A stretch of 64,000 nt of DNA from Phoronis australis (Eukaryota > Animalia > Phoronida): the NCBI GenBank assembly GCA_002633005.1, contig NMRA01000105.1:846010-910009 (forward strand), in the 5' to 3' direction. Both the position numbers and the translations under genes were made by a program. Numbering within the stretch: position 1 is the stretch's first letter; each line of letters begins with the position of its first letter. The notes beneath the pieces are model-generated. The model did not search any database and was not told the origin of the DNA. It saw nothing but the letters and a program-made list of their open reading frames with translations. This document shows positions 23,885 through 38,000 of this stretch, piece after piece.

Positions 23885-25058
23885 GTGAGTGATTGCATTA
23901 TGTAATCACAGGTTCAGTTAAACAGTAGTCTGAACTGAGTTTCTATAAGACACAAGAAAGTCGAAAAGGAAGCTAATGTGACGAGCTTCGCTTGTGATAA
24001 AAAGCAATTTTGTGTTTTCGCGAGATTTTCGCGTCAAACACATGCCTTGCCTCCACTATTTTGATAGCAAGAAAGACCTATCCACCCAAACAGGATTTAA
24101 CACAACTAGAATTACCAGCTCATCTTCAGAACAAACTAAAAAAACAAACATACCTATGGCTTTACAATTTTGCTTGTCACACTAGAGTGTAAACATGCAT
24201 AATTGTAAGATATGATTTTTTAAATTTTGAAATCAAAATCAAACCTCTTAACTTTGCTTCAAGCTTAAAAGTTAAAAGGGACAAATCATCATCAAGGGTT
24301 TGCCCTAAATCAGAAACGAACTGAGATAACGGATTGAACATAATTGAAAAATATTTATTAGTCTTAAAATCTAAGTTCCAAAATATGAAAACTTGTGGAA
24401 AATTTTTTATCTAATAACAGCTTAACATAACAAATCATAATTATAAACTTTTAATCTCAAAAACTCATAGCCACATACATAAGGTGTTTGACATGCCTTG
24501 CTATATGACAAACAATCCTGAAACAATAATTTCATTAATAAACGGTGAAAATTCTCCAGTTTGGTAAAAGTGAAAAAAAATTATTTCAGAACTTGTGCCC
24601 AACTTTAAAAATAGTTAATAATCTGACCATCATACATGTAAATTCTAGAATTATGAACAACCAAAAACTACCTCAATGCTACACATTATTGAGACTTCAT
24701 GAAAGCATTGCATTAGTGACTATTTTCAACAATTTTATCAAATGCCGAGTCCATTTTCAGACTTTGTTGATACAAAATGCAGTGTTCGACATCTGAGAAC
24801 AAATATGTTATAATATTTAGAATAAAAATCACTTTCAGCTTGAAATTCGGTGTGCCATATTTTAGATTTTGTAGAAAACTGGAGAATTTTTATCGCAACA
24901 ACAAAGATGAAAACAAAACGTTTTCTGAAAAAATTGTTCTTTCGAGTTAACTTATTAAACGGATATCTTTTATGAATATGATATTAGCCAAGACTGCTTA
25001 AAGTAAATATAACATGCTCAGATAACTACAAGACAACGTCCAGCTTGCTTGGAGATAA

Positions 25059-25070
25059 CTATTTAAATAA
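25059..25070 (+). promoter_or_regulatory. Possible TATA-like box of Ly6 gene A
   Basis: ctatttaaataa ~120 nt upstream of an ATG in good context (atcaccATG). Confidence 0.3.
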
Positions 25071-25180
25071 GCGGTGTCAAAGATCAATCTTGCGAAATCT
25101 TAAGTAAACAACGCAGGGTAAAACGGATCTTTGAAGAGTCTCAAGTGAAGTAGAGCACCAAAAATACTGCTGATATCACC

Positions 25181-28100
25181 ATGATCAAAGAGCTCATCAT
25201 AGTTTTGCTGATTGCAGGTAAATGATTGTTAAAATATCACCTTCTTCAGACAATTATCATTGATAAAATTTATCTTTTTTGTCAAGAAAGACATTTTATA
25301 GGCAGCCAACAATGTCTCAAAACATCTGGTTTAAAACCAATGCTCCTGAAAAAGGAGCTATCGGGGATATCCAAAAGTCACCAGAAGTGAATTTCCATTC
25401 TAGAAAGCGCAGGAGCCTCTTTTGGAATAAAGCGGTGGGTCACCTTCAGTTATTTCTAATTGGCAACCACAATGCCACAATTGAGCAGCATCATAAGGGC
25501 AAGTGACTGCACACAAGACAAAATAAAAAGTTGCATGAAATGGTATGTAAGGGGTTCCTAACGAGACCTTATACCGGTTCCAACATGAGTCCACAGTTCC
25601 AGCTAATCACCACTATAAGCGGGACTTAAAGCAACCATTTGTTGGACAAGTATCAATTTGTGATAACATCTAACAATAGTGTGATGATGCCTCTGTCGGC
25701 AAGTCAGCCTCTTTGACCACATACCTTAGGATCTCTCGATACAAATGCAAATGGATCCCCGCATAACTACCAAAGGGACCATTTACTGTCCTTGTCTCCA
25801 AAATTTTGGTAGCAACTTTCCGGATATTGGCTTAAAGGTGATAAAGCACATATTTAGTTGGTGCTTTGCAGTTATAAGAATGAAAAATAAAGTTAAACTT
25901 TTGCATTATACCGAGGTTTAGGTGAAATGTAACTTAAGGCCTTTTTATACTTAAACGTCAATGCGTCCATGTTTTGTGGTGTTGCGGTCAGTATCAACAG
26001 TTAACTTTGCACTAAACAGGTGGATTTAACAGCGGAGCATTGGCGCTGCAGTGCAGTATGAACAATGAACTTCGGTGTACCATCGAAGTAATATCGCCAG
26101 GTGTCACTGTTATCGTCAACAATTAAAGGATAGTGTGGTCGCTGATAGTAATTGTATTTTTCTTGAATGATCAACAATCGAATTAAAAATAAGGTTCATG
26201 TCAATTAGCACATGTAAATAATCCCAAATTGTCACACTTAAAAAAACCTTAGCATGCAGCACTATACTGCAATTACTTCAATGAAAACAGCATCACCTAC
26301 GGTTTACTTCGATGTCTCTCAACTACCAATGCCAGTATGAACAGTTTAGATAACTTCGCAGTTTACGTCGACACTCCGCTCAGACAGGAGTTGTCAGTAT
26401 GAAAAGGCCTTTAGAGACAGTAGCGTAATTATGAAACTGTGCAACCACAGGAAAGATGATTGTGTAACTTTAAGAGTTGGGTGAATTTTGTGCGAAACTT
26501 ACTAGCCTACAAGTAAAAAGCAGTGTCTTTACCCGATATTTCACAGGGCTGGTGGCCTGCCAGAAGACCCCGTTGACATGCTATGCCTGCCAAGAGCCCA
26601 TACTAGACGTAGACGACACAAGCAACAGTTGTCGTGAGAACCCAAAATACATGAGAAACGTGGGCATACAACACAACTGTTCTGCCTGTGCAGTAAGTAT
26701 GGATAAGCCAAATAAGGTGCTCTGCATAATGTCTCTGGATAGTCAACAGTATTGTCCAACAGCATATCATAATAAGCTGATTGTAGTAGGACAAAATTCT
26801 GTTTTGGTGCATAGAACACGCAGAGAGATTAACAAACCGACTGACACCAAATCACTGTTGGATAAGAAGGCAATAGCATTATATTTTTCAATTACAATAT
26901 TTTAAGCCAATGATCTAGTGCCAGTAATTTTAACTCACGGTAGCACAGTGAAATAACGTAGAAAATAAATCTGAAACTAAATAAGGCGATACAGATCCTC
27001 CCAAGGATACTATTGTTTCACGAAATGTAGACTATAAATAGGTAAATAAAACAACAAGAATGGTTCAACTGAAATTTTCGGATGTAATTATAACGTCCTT
27101 TGTCAACAGAAACAGAAATAAAGTAAAATCAAACACTATATGGTAATTGACACAGTGAAAAAAATGTTGAGTTTTCGCAAATGTCATGTGCAAATGGTAA
27201 GGTGAAGCTAAACATTTGTCGAACAAGAATTAGTACAGGGCCACATCATAGCCCAACTAATTTCTAAAGGATTATTAATTTTGTACAGGGATACAACTAT
27301 CGTAAGTGTTCAAGTGTCATTCACAATTCTAGCCTCGAAACCTTCCCTACAAGGCATGAATTTTTTTCTACATTTAAAATTGGGTGAGCGTCATTTCACA
27401 GACCCTTAAAGTTATACAGGATCCCAGAAAAATGACAGCAACACCATATATCAGAAATAGCTGATCAGATTGATATGAAACTTTCCAATAATATGCTTTA
27501 GGAATGCCTTAGGAATTGTTGTTAAATCATCCACTTTAGCTGCAAAAGCTTAAAAGTTGCATGACAAAATATTTTTTTTTTAAAAATTGTAACAAGACTC
27601 ATGAGATTGCAGTTTGGACATGTAAATCAAATCAAATTTGGTCGTTATTGATACTATATTGTTCTACTTTCAATGTGCCTAGTTCCCTTTTTTCTAAATT
27701 TTACTAAAACAGAAATGGCCATGACTTAATTAACGACAACTTGGAAGAAAATAAATACTTTTACAGAGTTAAAATCTACAGTTTTGTACATATTTGACAA
27801 CACCCACACAATTGTCTCTGGGCCCTTAATAAAAAATAATTGCAAGCACACGCTGTACCAGATGTGCGTACACCTATTGCACTGATTGTCTGGAAACATA
27901 TAATGCTTTTTTAGATAAATGTACAGGCCACCTTGCCTCCTATCTAAGGGCCTCAAGCATGAAAGTTCTTAAAACCGCAAATTACCCAGTTTTGTCAAGT
28001 GACTACATGGTCACCATCATTATACCTTCCTCAATAGCACTGCATATCACAATCGTGAATTCAATATCCCAAAAACAGGAAACAGAACGATAAAAATGCG

Positions 28101-29652
28101 ACTTCAATTGAAACTTCCTCAGCTTCACGGTTATAAGTGTGACATATGGAAGTACTAAGCACCAGTGTGTCATGTCCACCAACACGCCAGTTTCTTGTAC
28201 TAACTTGTGCCATATCCTCGCTTCTCCGATGTCCATCAGCAGAGGACAAAAAGCCAAAGCGAGGTCAAACAGTGCGTTGTCACAACCACCACAAATGCAA
28301 TACCTCGGCATTCTTTATTTCACTATAAACCACGTGAAACAAAGAGCAATAGCTGATGACTTTACACGCTAAACACAGCCAAAGAAGACTAATGTAGCGA
28401 CAGGCCGTACTGATTCTACATAGTAAGGTAAAACTTCTCCAGTTTCGAACAGAATCTAACATTTGGAAGACCAAAATTCAAGCCAAATTGAATTTTCATG
28501 ATTCTGAAGATTGTGACGTGGGTGATTTTTAAATTCAGCTTACATCTGAAACAATAGACCGACAATGCACAATTGTATTAATGGCTATTTGAGGGTTGAT
28601 AAAATCATCGAAAATGGCGATTGCCACAACATTCTTATGAGTTCCCATAATGTGTAACATTGAGGTGAATGATCGTTTGTTGTTGACCATAATCCTTGAA
28701 TTTGGAACATCAGTATGATCTATTTCTAAAATTTGGTACAAGCTCAGCAAAATAATTAATTTTTCACAGTCCCAAATTGGAAGAATTTTTACTGTATGTA
28801 TCGACCAATAAATGCTCGTAACTCACAATCAACCCATATAGTCAGATAATATTAGCGAGCGTTGTTCTTATATAGCTGCTTTTACGAGACTATTTTTTAT
28901 TTGTTTGTCACCATGTCAGTTGTCACGGTGCGACTTGCTTCACTGTAGTTGCAACGACATTAGATCGCAAACCACATCAGCATGAGCCACTAAGACTCTC
29001 TGCGCATGCTCACATAAACAATAGCGAATGTCTAAACTACGCAGGATGCCTGCTGAACACCCGAATATACGCTATTGTGCAAGCGCATTGAATGATGATC
29101 CATTTCCGCCCTGCCCCAGTTAAGTTTAAATGTGTAGTTGACATTGGAGCAAGTGATTGAGTGTAGCTCTACCTATCAAACTGGTGTAAAAAACTGATCG
29201 CCAGTTGATGCCACTCGCTCCATGTCAGTCGTGTTTACGCACACACTTGCACAGGAACAGCTTTTCCGTGTTAGCTATGACGGGTCAGCTGTCTCTCGTG
29301 TAAATGCGACTTTTGACAGCGGTTCCAACTAGTGAGGTTCTTTTGTGGTGATTTTAATATGAAATTGATGATTTTAAGCACTTAATGATTTTCATTATTT
29401 CAGACATCTGTCACACGAAATCTTCAATCTGGAATGAGCACCACCATCTCCCGCTACTGTATCAACCCCAAAGACAAGTGCCAGCCTGGATCGTACGACT
29501 GGGGTGCAGTTAAAGTGGCCACATCATGTTGCTATAACGACAAGTGTAATGTTGACGAACCAAAGTTAATCCAAGTGGCAGGATCTGGCAAGATGGCTGC
29601 CGGCATTGCGTCACTTGTCTGTGCTGTGCTTTCTTTGAAAATTATCTTGTGA
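25181..29652 (+). CDS. Ly6/uPAR three-finger (quiver-like) protein, predicted GPI-anchored, gene A, 143 aa
   Basis: join(25181-25217, 26547-26692, 29404-29652), GT-AG, phases 1 and 0: MIKELIIVLLIAGLVACQKTPLTCYACQEPILDVDDTSNSCRENPKYMRNVGIQHNCSACATSVTRNLQSGMSTTISRYCINPKDKCQPGSYDWGAVKVATSCCYNDKCNVDEPKLIQVAGSGKMAAGIASLVCAVLSLKIIL. Has a signal peptide, LxCYxC start, 10 domain Cys, CCxxxxCN end and hydrophobic tail. Confidence 0.92.
25937..26410. mobile_element. PIF/Harbinger-like MITE, TTA TSD, in intron 1 of Ly6 gene A
   Basis: tta|aggcctttttatact ... agtatgaaaaggcct|tta. Confidence 0.7.
28061..28311 (-). pseudogene. Degenerate THAP-like N-terminus, probably transposon-derived
   Basis: MPRYCICGGCDN... 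and ARIWHKLV resemble the THAP M-x-x-x-C-x4-C-x-N ... W pattern; frameshifted downstream. Confidence 0.4.
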
Positions 29653-32006
29653 ACCAGTGCGACCTACCACAGGCTAGCTTAAAATCAGGATTTTTGTGAA
29701 ACTACGCTTCCTAAACTGTTGATTTTCTGATTTCCCACATTTAAGATTTGACACTGACAAAGAAATGGGCAACTTCTTGCATGATTTTGCAGGAAAAAGT
29801 TCCGAAAAAAATTTTTAGTTCATAGCACTTTTAGTGAGTGCAATTATGTTATAAAAAATAAAGTACAAAATGCTAGATTTTGAAGAAATTTTTACTTTTG
29901 ATAAACTTTTTACTTTTAAATATTAGGTTGAACACAACTGCACAATAGGTACAACAAATGAAAAAGAAACAAATTTTGAATGAAAAGCATGAATGAATAA
30001 AGCACTTGAACTACATGTGAACGAGTGTCAGCTAGAGTTGTTTTGAAATCACAATCTCCTGTGTAATCTTGCATGCTTTTTCAGAACAAGGATGGTTGTG
30101 TGAATTCAAGCCTTCAGTTCATCTGACTATTCACAACATGAGCATTAACAGACTAATTTAATGAAAAATCTCACAAAAAGTTGAATGTCATTAGGTCTAC
30201 TCTTCATCAAATAAAACAAATATTTTCTACCACTCTTCAACTATTATCAGTAATAGTCACAACAGAGGTCCTCGCATTTTGAGAACCAGTAATGTCGCCA
30301 CTGAATAGTGGACAACAAACCATTTCTCAAAATCGATGACCCCTGTAGCCGTGACTCAATTCCCATTTTATATGATAAAACAGACATTTAATTATAAAAA
30401 CTACAATTAGGGGACCATGCACTTCCAGCTAACTTATCATTGTACAATTTCATAGCATTTACTTCAGATAAATAACATTATCCACCACACTATTGTGTTT
30501 ATGGTTTACAACTTGGAACAATGTCAAATCCTAAGTTGCACTTGATGACCTCACCATTGAAGCTATGAGTTAAGTTCGAACTGGAAATTCCAGCTAGAAC
30601 TCTTGTTTTTAGCTCACATCTTAAGGAACCAGGCCAAATTTGGACTAGAATCTCATCTGCATAAACCACAAGTTACTCAGAGCACATGCTCAACCTAAAA
30701 AATGGCGGGCTCAAATTTTTGAGAACATGGACCTCTTACTAAGATTCACGTATGTTCAGAGCTATGAATTGTGCATTCGCAGAATTTTGGTAGTTCTTGC
30801 TTTTTTAGTGGAGGACTAACAGATATTTTGTGCCCGATTATCTGCCAGTAATGTTTAGAGTCTGGAGTTCAAAGCATTAACGATATACAGTTGAAATTAC
30901 TTTTTTAATTTCAATATTCCAATATTACAAAAATAATATTGCCTTTTAAATCATATGCCCACCAATGTCTTAACTACAAAATGGGTAGAGTTCTGAAGGA
31001 ATGCCATCTCCTGGCGAGGAGAAATCTAGCCAAAATCACATGTACAGCAAAATCTCGCGTAGTCTCGCAAAGACTTGCTGTCCTAGCGATGTCCTAAAGT
31101 TATTGAACTCTACCCTGGCCTTGACCTCTATAAAGCAAGACCTGACAAAAAGTTAATGAACAGAAAATCTCACCAATTTCGGGCAAAAATACTGTCCACA
31201 ATTGCCTTTTTTCGTTTTCAAGGACTTCTTACATTGGTGTGAAAGCCCATAAATTTTCAAAATATTTTCTAATGGTAGCTATGATACAAAACTTGAACAC
31301 GGTAAAGCATTCAATTTGAAATACGAAAAAAATGAGAAAATAAAATTTCAGTTGTCTGTCATATGGTGTCCTAAATTGGTGACATGTTATTGTACACGAA
31401 ATGCAAAAGATTAATCGAATCAGTAAAGTCCAAGTCAAGTTCCATGACTTAACTGCCCCTGGTTAATGACTCCATCCAGCCCATGCTCTCCTGTCACAGA
31501 CTTAACTCAACCACAGACAAGAACTTGACCAATCTAGCTGTGCCAACACAAATCTTACATAATATGGTTTAATAGCTACTATATTAATTTTTGTCTACTC
31601 AGCAGGGTAACTATCATCTAATAACCAAAAGAGTTATATAACGACTTCACCATGTAATAATCAATATTAATATCTTCTTGTTCATTATTAGGATGACACT
31701 CCTGTGATGAATGTTCCAAATCCCACTCAGGGTATACATGCCAGACATCCTATTCCCAGGGGCACAGAGTTCAGTTATTGAAAGACTGTGTCTGCAGCTT
31801 TCATACAACCAAAAAGCCTTTGTGATCAACCTGGTCAGGTCTGGTGCAATCAATGAATGAAAGAAATGAGAATTATGTAATGACATTCACAATTCCAACT
31901 CCTTGAGAGTACAGGTAGGATTCCCAGGTAACATTTAACTGTTTGAATAGACAGGATTAACAAGAGGTATAACTGAGTGGAGTTAGATAGGGTGCCTCAC
32001 ATCAAT

Positions 32007-35000
32007 ATGAAGGGTGTCACAATTCTCCTACTGTTCCTCATCTGTGCAGGTGAGTTTGAAGCAAAAATCATGATGCCCTTCTTTACTGAAATTACAATGC
32101 ATTCTTTGAGAGTTTTAACTAACTCTGATAGCCGTGGTACACTGAGGATCAAGTCGTCCTGTGGTTGCTAACTAAGGCAGGTCACAGAGGTTGGATGTAC
32201 CAACAAAGCAGTGTTCAATATCAGTAGTCAACACTGTCTTTTCTCTAGTCTATAGCCTAACATCTCCACTGGAGGTATTTATATAAGTTTCAAAAAATAT
32301 AAACTGAACTAATCAGGTTTTAAACTACTTTTTGACACTTTATAGGGCCTACACGTGAAAACCAGGAATCGCTCGAAGTGCCCATTCAGCTGACGACTGT
32401 CTCACGAATAAAACACTTGTTAAAAGCACGTGGCTAGGAAGCGCGCGCTACATACCAGTCACTTGTCATCGCATACATTACTCTTCGGGAACTATCCATG
32501 AAACTACCGGTAGTATATCGGCAAGAAATAAACACTGACACTAATTTTAGAAAGTTTCTAATACCGTAAAAACTGTAGCATTATTTTTAAGAGGGATTGC
32601 TTTATTAATCACTTGTTTAATGTATTCATAATTGGTGTTTTTAAAGTAAAATACCTGATAAAATGCTCCACTGATAGTGGAGACCTCCGCCCCCGAATCT
32701 CCCGGAAAATAACTCTGAGTGTCACATATCCAGTCACCCGGCGACTAAATATCATTCGGGCTTTATAGGCCCAACCGAGACAATTCTCGCACGCTTTAAC
32801 AGTAGATGTGATCAGCAAGTGCTAAATAAAACGCGTTCTCATGATACTGCTTGTGTTATTTAATTACGATGCACACCTAAATCATTAGGCCTACATTGCG
32901 TTTACTCCAGCAAATGAACGCTGATGACACGCACGCGCTCGCTCGCTCACTCACACACGCAGATGTTCTTCAAAACAAAGGTCACGTGACTATGAAATGT
33001 GCATTCTTACAGTTTTTTCTCATGTTGCTGGATACGATCTTGCGCAGATTTGAACCTATATTTTTCTTAAATACGGACTCCACAGGAACTTAAAATCTTG
33101 GGGACACTATTTGGAAATCTTAAGTGAGGATTTCAGGCAATTTGTTGAGTCGAAACCATATTTTTACTCAAGCTGCCCTGTCGACGATCGCGAGGCAGCA
33201 GCGCGTCGGTGAATTTTGCCCTGGGATATCAGGACAATTTTGTGTAAAGTGATCGTAATTCAACAAAGAAATTTGAAAGCAATGCGCTACCATTTTGTAG
33301 AAAGTCTGTAGAGGCTAAAGATACATCACTTAGCGTAAATTTGATGAATCCTAGCTTCCGATTTCACTTGTTTTAGAGACCGGGTTTCAACCTTATTGCG
33401 TAACTATATTCAACAAGCGCCTCACCCCTGAAACGAATTTTACTAAGCGCCCCAGGCGCCTTCACGGCGAATACGGTACTGTCAACTGCCTCTTAGTGAA
33501 GTGAAGTATGTTTGCTGTTGGTAAAATCAGGCTCGGATTAGATGCTGAGGACTGAAGTACCAAGCCAGCCAAAGTTTTAAACCTGGCGCCGCAATTTTTA
33601 AACTTGACGTGCTTTCCCCTAACTCGATGCGCTTTCCCCAAACTCCATGCGGCAAAATCCAAACTCGTTACCGCGTCGAGTCAAAACAGGTTGTGGAGAA
33701 CACTGTAAAGGAGCAGCAGTTGCTATGCGCGTTATTTCTCTTTTTGTTGTAGTTAACAGATGTTTGCTAATCAACTTCGTATTCCGGTTTAGTGAATATA
33801 TTTTGGACCTGTTGAAGAGTAGAATGAGTTGTCATACACACAAAGGATTATGGGGGTAATAGTCGAATATAATGTGTGCGCATTTTGAGAACCATTTTTC
33901 CGTGATTAAGGGGCATCATCAAATTGACTCTAAAATAAAGACAAGCAAGAATGAGCCAACTGCCTTTTAGATATGTTAAATACATGTACTTGTGTGCAAC
34001 ATATCTTGGTTTCGTTTTATTCCACACAACCACTAACTGAATTACTACATATTTTATGACCCGCATATTATGTGCCCCCATTGGAAACCCCTTTTATCCT
34101 CTCGACGAATCACAGTAGACTAGTCTATTGACATCATCGTTGTGAGCAACCTGTGCAGCTAATCGGCTGCCAAGACAGTAAAAAATCAAATAGTTTGCTC
34201 AAGGAACGTCACCAATTAGAAACATCGCTGACGTTAGGCATCAGTGTCAATTGATAATGCAATTACTAAGCAAAACAATCGTATCAGGTAAAGCACCCTT
34301 GAAACCGAACAGTGGCGTAGATCTCGGATAGGGCACTATCGATTCACTCACGACCCACAACGAACCAATTTTCGAAGTATTTGCACCCATGTGAAATGCT
34401 ATATAACAGTTACGCTTCATACTAAATCTGACAACAGCAAACTTACCGAACTCTGTGCTGGAAAAAATATTTATTTTTCACATAAGATATATTGATTATC
34501 CACTAACAATATCCCCGACAATAAATCACCAGTACCATTTTATACGATCATGACTCAGAAATGTCGTCAATTACTGTGTGTGTGAATGTACGTCTCGTTT
34601 TTATCGTAAAAACATACGTGAAGATCACCCTTGGCTGTTATTTGCCAAACGACGGTCACAACTTGTCTTGCATCACAGTAATCGTAAGTCGGCAAGAAAT
34701 TCTCGAGCCCTCTTTTCTGGGACAGCACGCGCGACATATGTGTGAGTCATCTGTCACTCGCATGTTGCAGCCAATGTATCGTGTACTCCAGCGGTGGGAA
34801 CTTAGAGGTGCATACACTCCAATGCATGTGACCATTAGATAGCGCTGATTCAACTTTAGCCGTGTGACACATTCTTTGAAATCAACATTGCGAAAAGGGT
34901 GTACTTAACACCGAGTGTGAACGTTGGGCAGTACGTTTTTGGGTACACTTTGGAGTGTGCAGTCAGCATGTTCATGGGTTATGCTAAAGATGACGGGGAC

Positions 35001-38000
35001 AGCATATTTCCCTGACGTCAAAGTTTAAAATGACTTGTGCAATTGGTCTTTCACATCGAACGATACTTTAAATATGATAACGCATTCGTAGCGCTAACTT
35101 TGTCTGTCCTTTTTATTCAATGAAATTTTGTTCCCACCTCAATCGTTTAGACTTTCCTGCAGTCTCAGTAATCGGCGTGCAGTTAGCTCCGTCGGCTACA
35201 GGCTAAGTTTTGTACGCCTTGTGTAAATTGCCTTTGTCTTCAAATGCAGAATAATAGTGATAAATATGACCAATTTTGTCATGTCAAGGCTGCGACACAA
35301 TCATGTTTGTTTTAGGTCGTTTTTTGTTTGGTATTTTGCCCGTACCTCAATAGCTTACACCTTCCTGACGGCCTGTCGTTTGTGACGACCTCAGACATTT
35401 AAAATGCAAATTGACCAGTTGACATATACTGTTGTTTTACAATCTAATCTTCGACTAATGCATGCTATTCAGGTGGCAAGGTAAACACAGGTGACTTCCG
35501 ACACAATTTCAACTTAAAATTTGAATGTGCCGATGTCGCACCGTATGCTCATAAAATTATATTTTCCTTCATAGAAATCATGGCGAAACCAAAAAAGAAA
35601 CCTGGTGGAAATAATTAAATGTATTATTTGGAATTTCTCGGGAAATTTTTGTCACATAATTTCCCCAATTTTCGATCGCAAGAAATAACGTCAGATTAAT
35701 TTGAATTCTACCATAATAGCAGTTTCGTTGATTGATTATACATTTTACTCACCAACAACAAACATCGCCTCCGAGACCATTCTGTGACAATTGCTCGGTT
35801 TTCCCATTTTTCTGTTTCACTTTACTCGGATTCCTCTGGTTCGAATATTTATGGCGCTAATCCATCTAAACGTTGTTTCTACATTTCCTTAATCTTCCAT
35901 TTCGCCTTTCATTTCATTGAACTCTTGCGCTGTAACGTCCATGGCAAGGTATTATGCCTTCCTGACCCAAGTGCGAAAAGTCTCGGGTCATTCTTTTGTA
36001 TCATGCTGGGCGTGAGCCTTTCGCTTCATAAGATGTGTAACACCGATTTACTATCCAACATAATCGTGCAATTATCACACAGCGACTATAAACAGATTAG
36101 TTCTCTGGTACAGGCATTCTGCCAGGATGTCGCCGTGGGTCCGACGAATCTCCATTCATTGCCAACCAGTCCCTCAATGCACGCAGGGACCCTGTACTTT
36201 AATTGGTTTGTTAGACCCTGACATCTTTGTGAATAAGCGTTTGATGTTAGATTGAGAAAGTGGTCCCCACCGAGAACGCACTACTGACTTTGGCAACGTT
36301 AAACAATCGAGGCGCAGGGACTTGTAGGATATTACTTGGACGTGGAAGTGTCGAGATAAGTGTCCTATTAATTTGAACTTTGTTGTGTCTAACAGGTATA
36401 ATTTTGAAAATCTGTGATTTGAAATATGCACCAGTCTGTGTAAGGTAAGTTTCCTGTGGCAACGGACTGTACGGTACATCTTGGGTCACAACGACGATGT
36501 CATTTGCGTCGATTAAAACGAGCGTCACCTAAATTTTTTTCGGCGCTAAATGGGGTTACTGATGGGGTCCTACGATAGTAATTGGCGTAATTATCTAATG
36601 TCAGGAGTAAAGGAAGGGATGATGTGTTTGTGTCGATCAATGATACATATGTTTAACATGTTTAACAGTCATTAGGCCGTGATACGGGGTCTTTAAATCT
36701 GACTATAGCCAGACCGTGATACAGCAGTCACACAAAGCTGACGTCAGTCAACGAAGATATACCATCAGTAGAGATCTCAGTAGTCTGTACTTAACTGCCA
36801 GAAGTTCAGTTCATGATAGACACAGTGAATGCCAAGAGCACATACCCAAAGTCTCCAGATGATAGTGGTTACCAAACCCAGGTACCAATTTGGTCCAGTG
36901 ATGGGCATCTGCACAATTTTTTTACCAAATCAAACACCCAAAAAGGCGTTTTAATTACTTTTCAAGTCACAAAAATAGTAAAGTTAACAACCTTAACTGG
37001 AACCACTTTTGTAATTAAATACAAAGCAGGATACATATTTTTTATCCAATTCCCAGCAAAGCTCAATTTCGCATTTGAGAAAAAAAAGAAACTTAATTGA
37101 CAGACAAGTTTAAACGGTATTTGCCATACGAGCCTGAAACAAACCCCGATCTTGGGGTATAATCTCAATTTCAGGTTGTTTGTGCCAGTCAGACAATACA
37201 AGTTTGTTGATTTGTACAATAATCAACAGGTGTACCTCTAACATTAACTGGTTTTCATACTACATTTCCAGGTGGCGCTTCAGGGCAAATGTGTAAATCC
37301 TGTCATGGGAAAATAAACAGCGACTGTGTCCACAATCCTCATTTGGTTGCGACTGAGTATAACTGCGGATACTGCTCTGTAAGCATTACACATTATATAG
37401 CCTATCCAATGTTTTGCTATTATTGTTTACATTTAAATGTCAAAAACAGTAGATCATCTGTAATCATCCTACTTAGGGAACTTGGCCAGCATATACTACA
37501 CTGCATGCCAACCAGTTAATATCCGAAACAACATTTTTTTTTCAAAGAAAAGTCTTAACTCAATTTTTTCGTATAAACGCAGAGGTGGGACAGGACAGGC
37601 GCATGCCTTGCTGTGGATGCCATGCGCAATGTTATTGACAAAAGCAGAAAATCTTGCTGGTGCTAAACATTTTTAAGCCCCATTAACTGCAGATTGACAG
37701 TGCATATCCTAGATTACACTTAAAGATAAGATGACACTTAAGCAATAACATTCCTGGGTCATGTTTGTAGGGGTGTTTTGGATCCTATACCCTTCTGCAA
37801 CAGACTTCTGTAACAAAAACTAATTTTTATTTTAAACCGCTTAACGGTATGATCACGTAGTCAAATAAGGATAAATTTGGATATGGAAAGAACAGACACT
37901 TCATTACTGCCTGAGGCCCAGCCCTACAAGTTGACTCGTTACTCTCTCGGTCATTTCAAATGCGTTAAAGCACGGTCTCAAGTAATTAGCTCAATGACAG

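Noticed and set aside
26477-26905. 142-aa single-exon ORF
   Set aside because: Only 26547-26692 is exon 2 of Ly6 gene A; the rest is intron read-through
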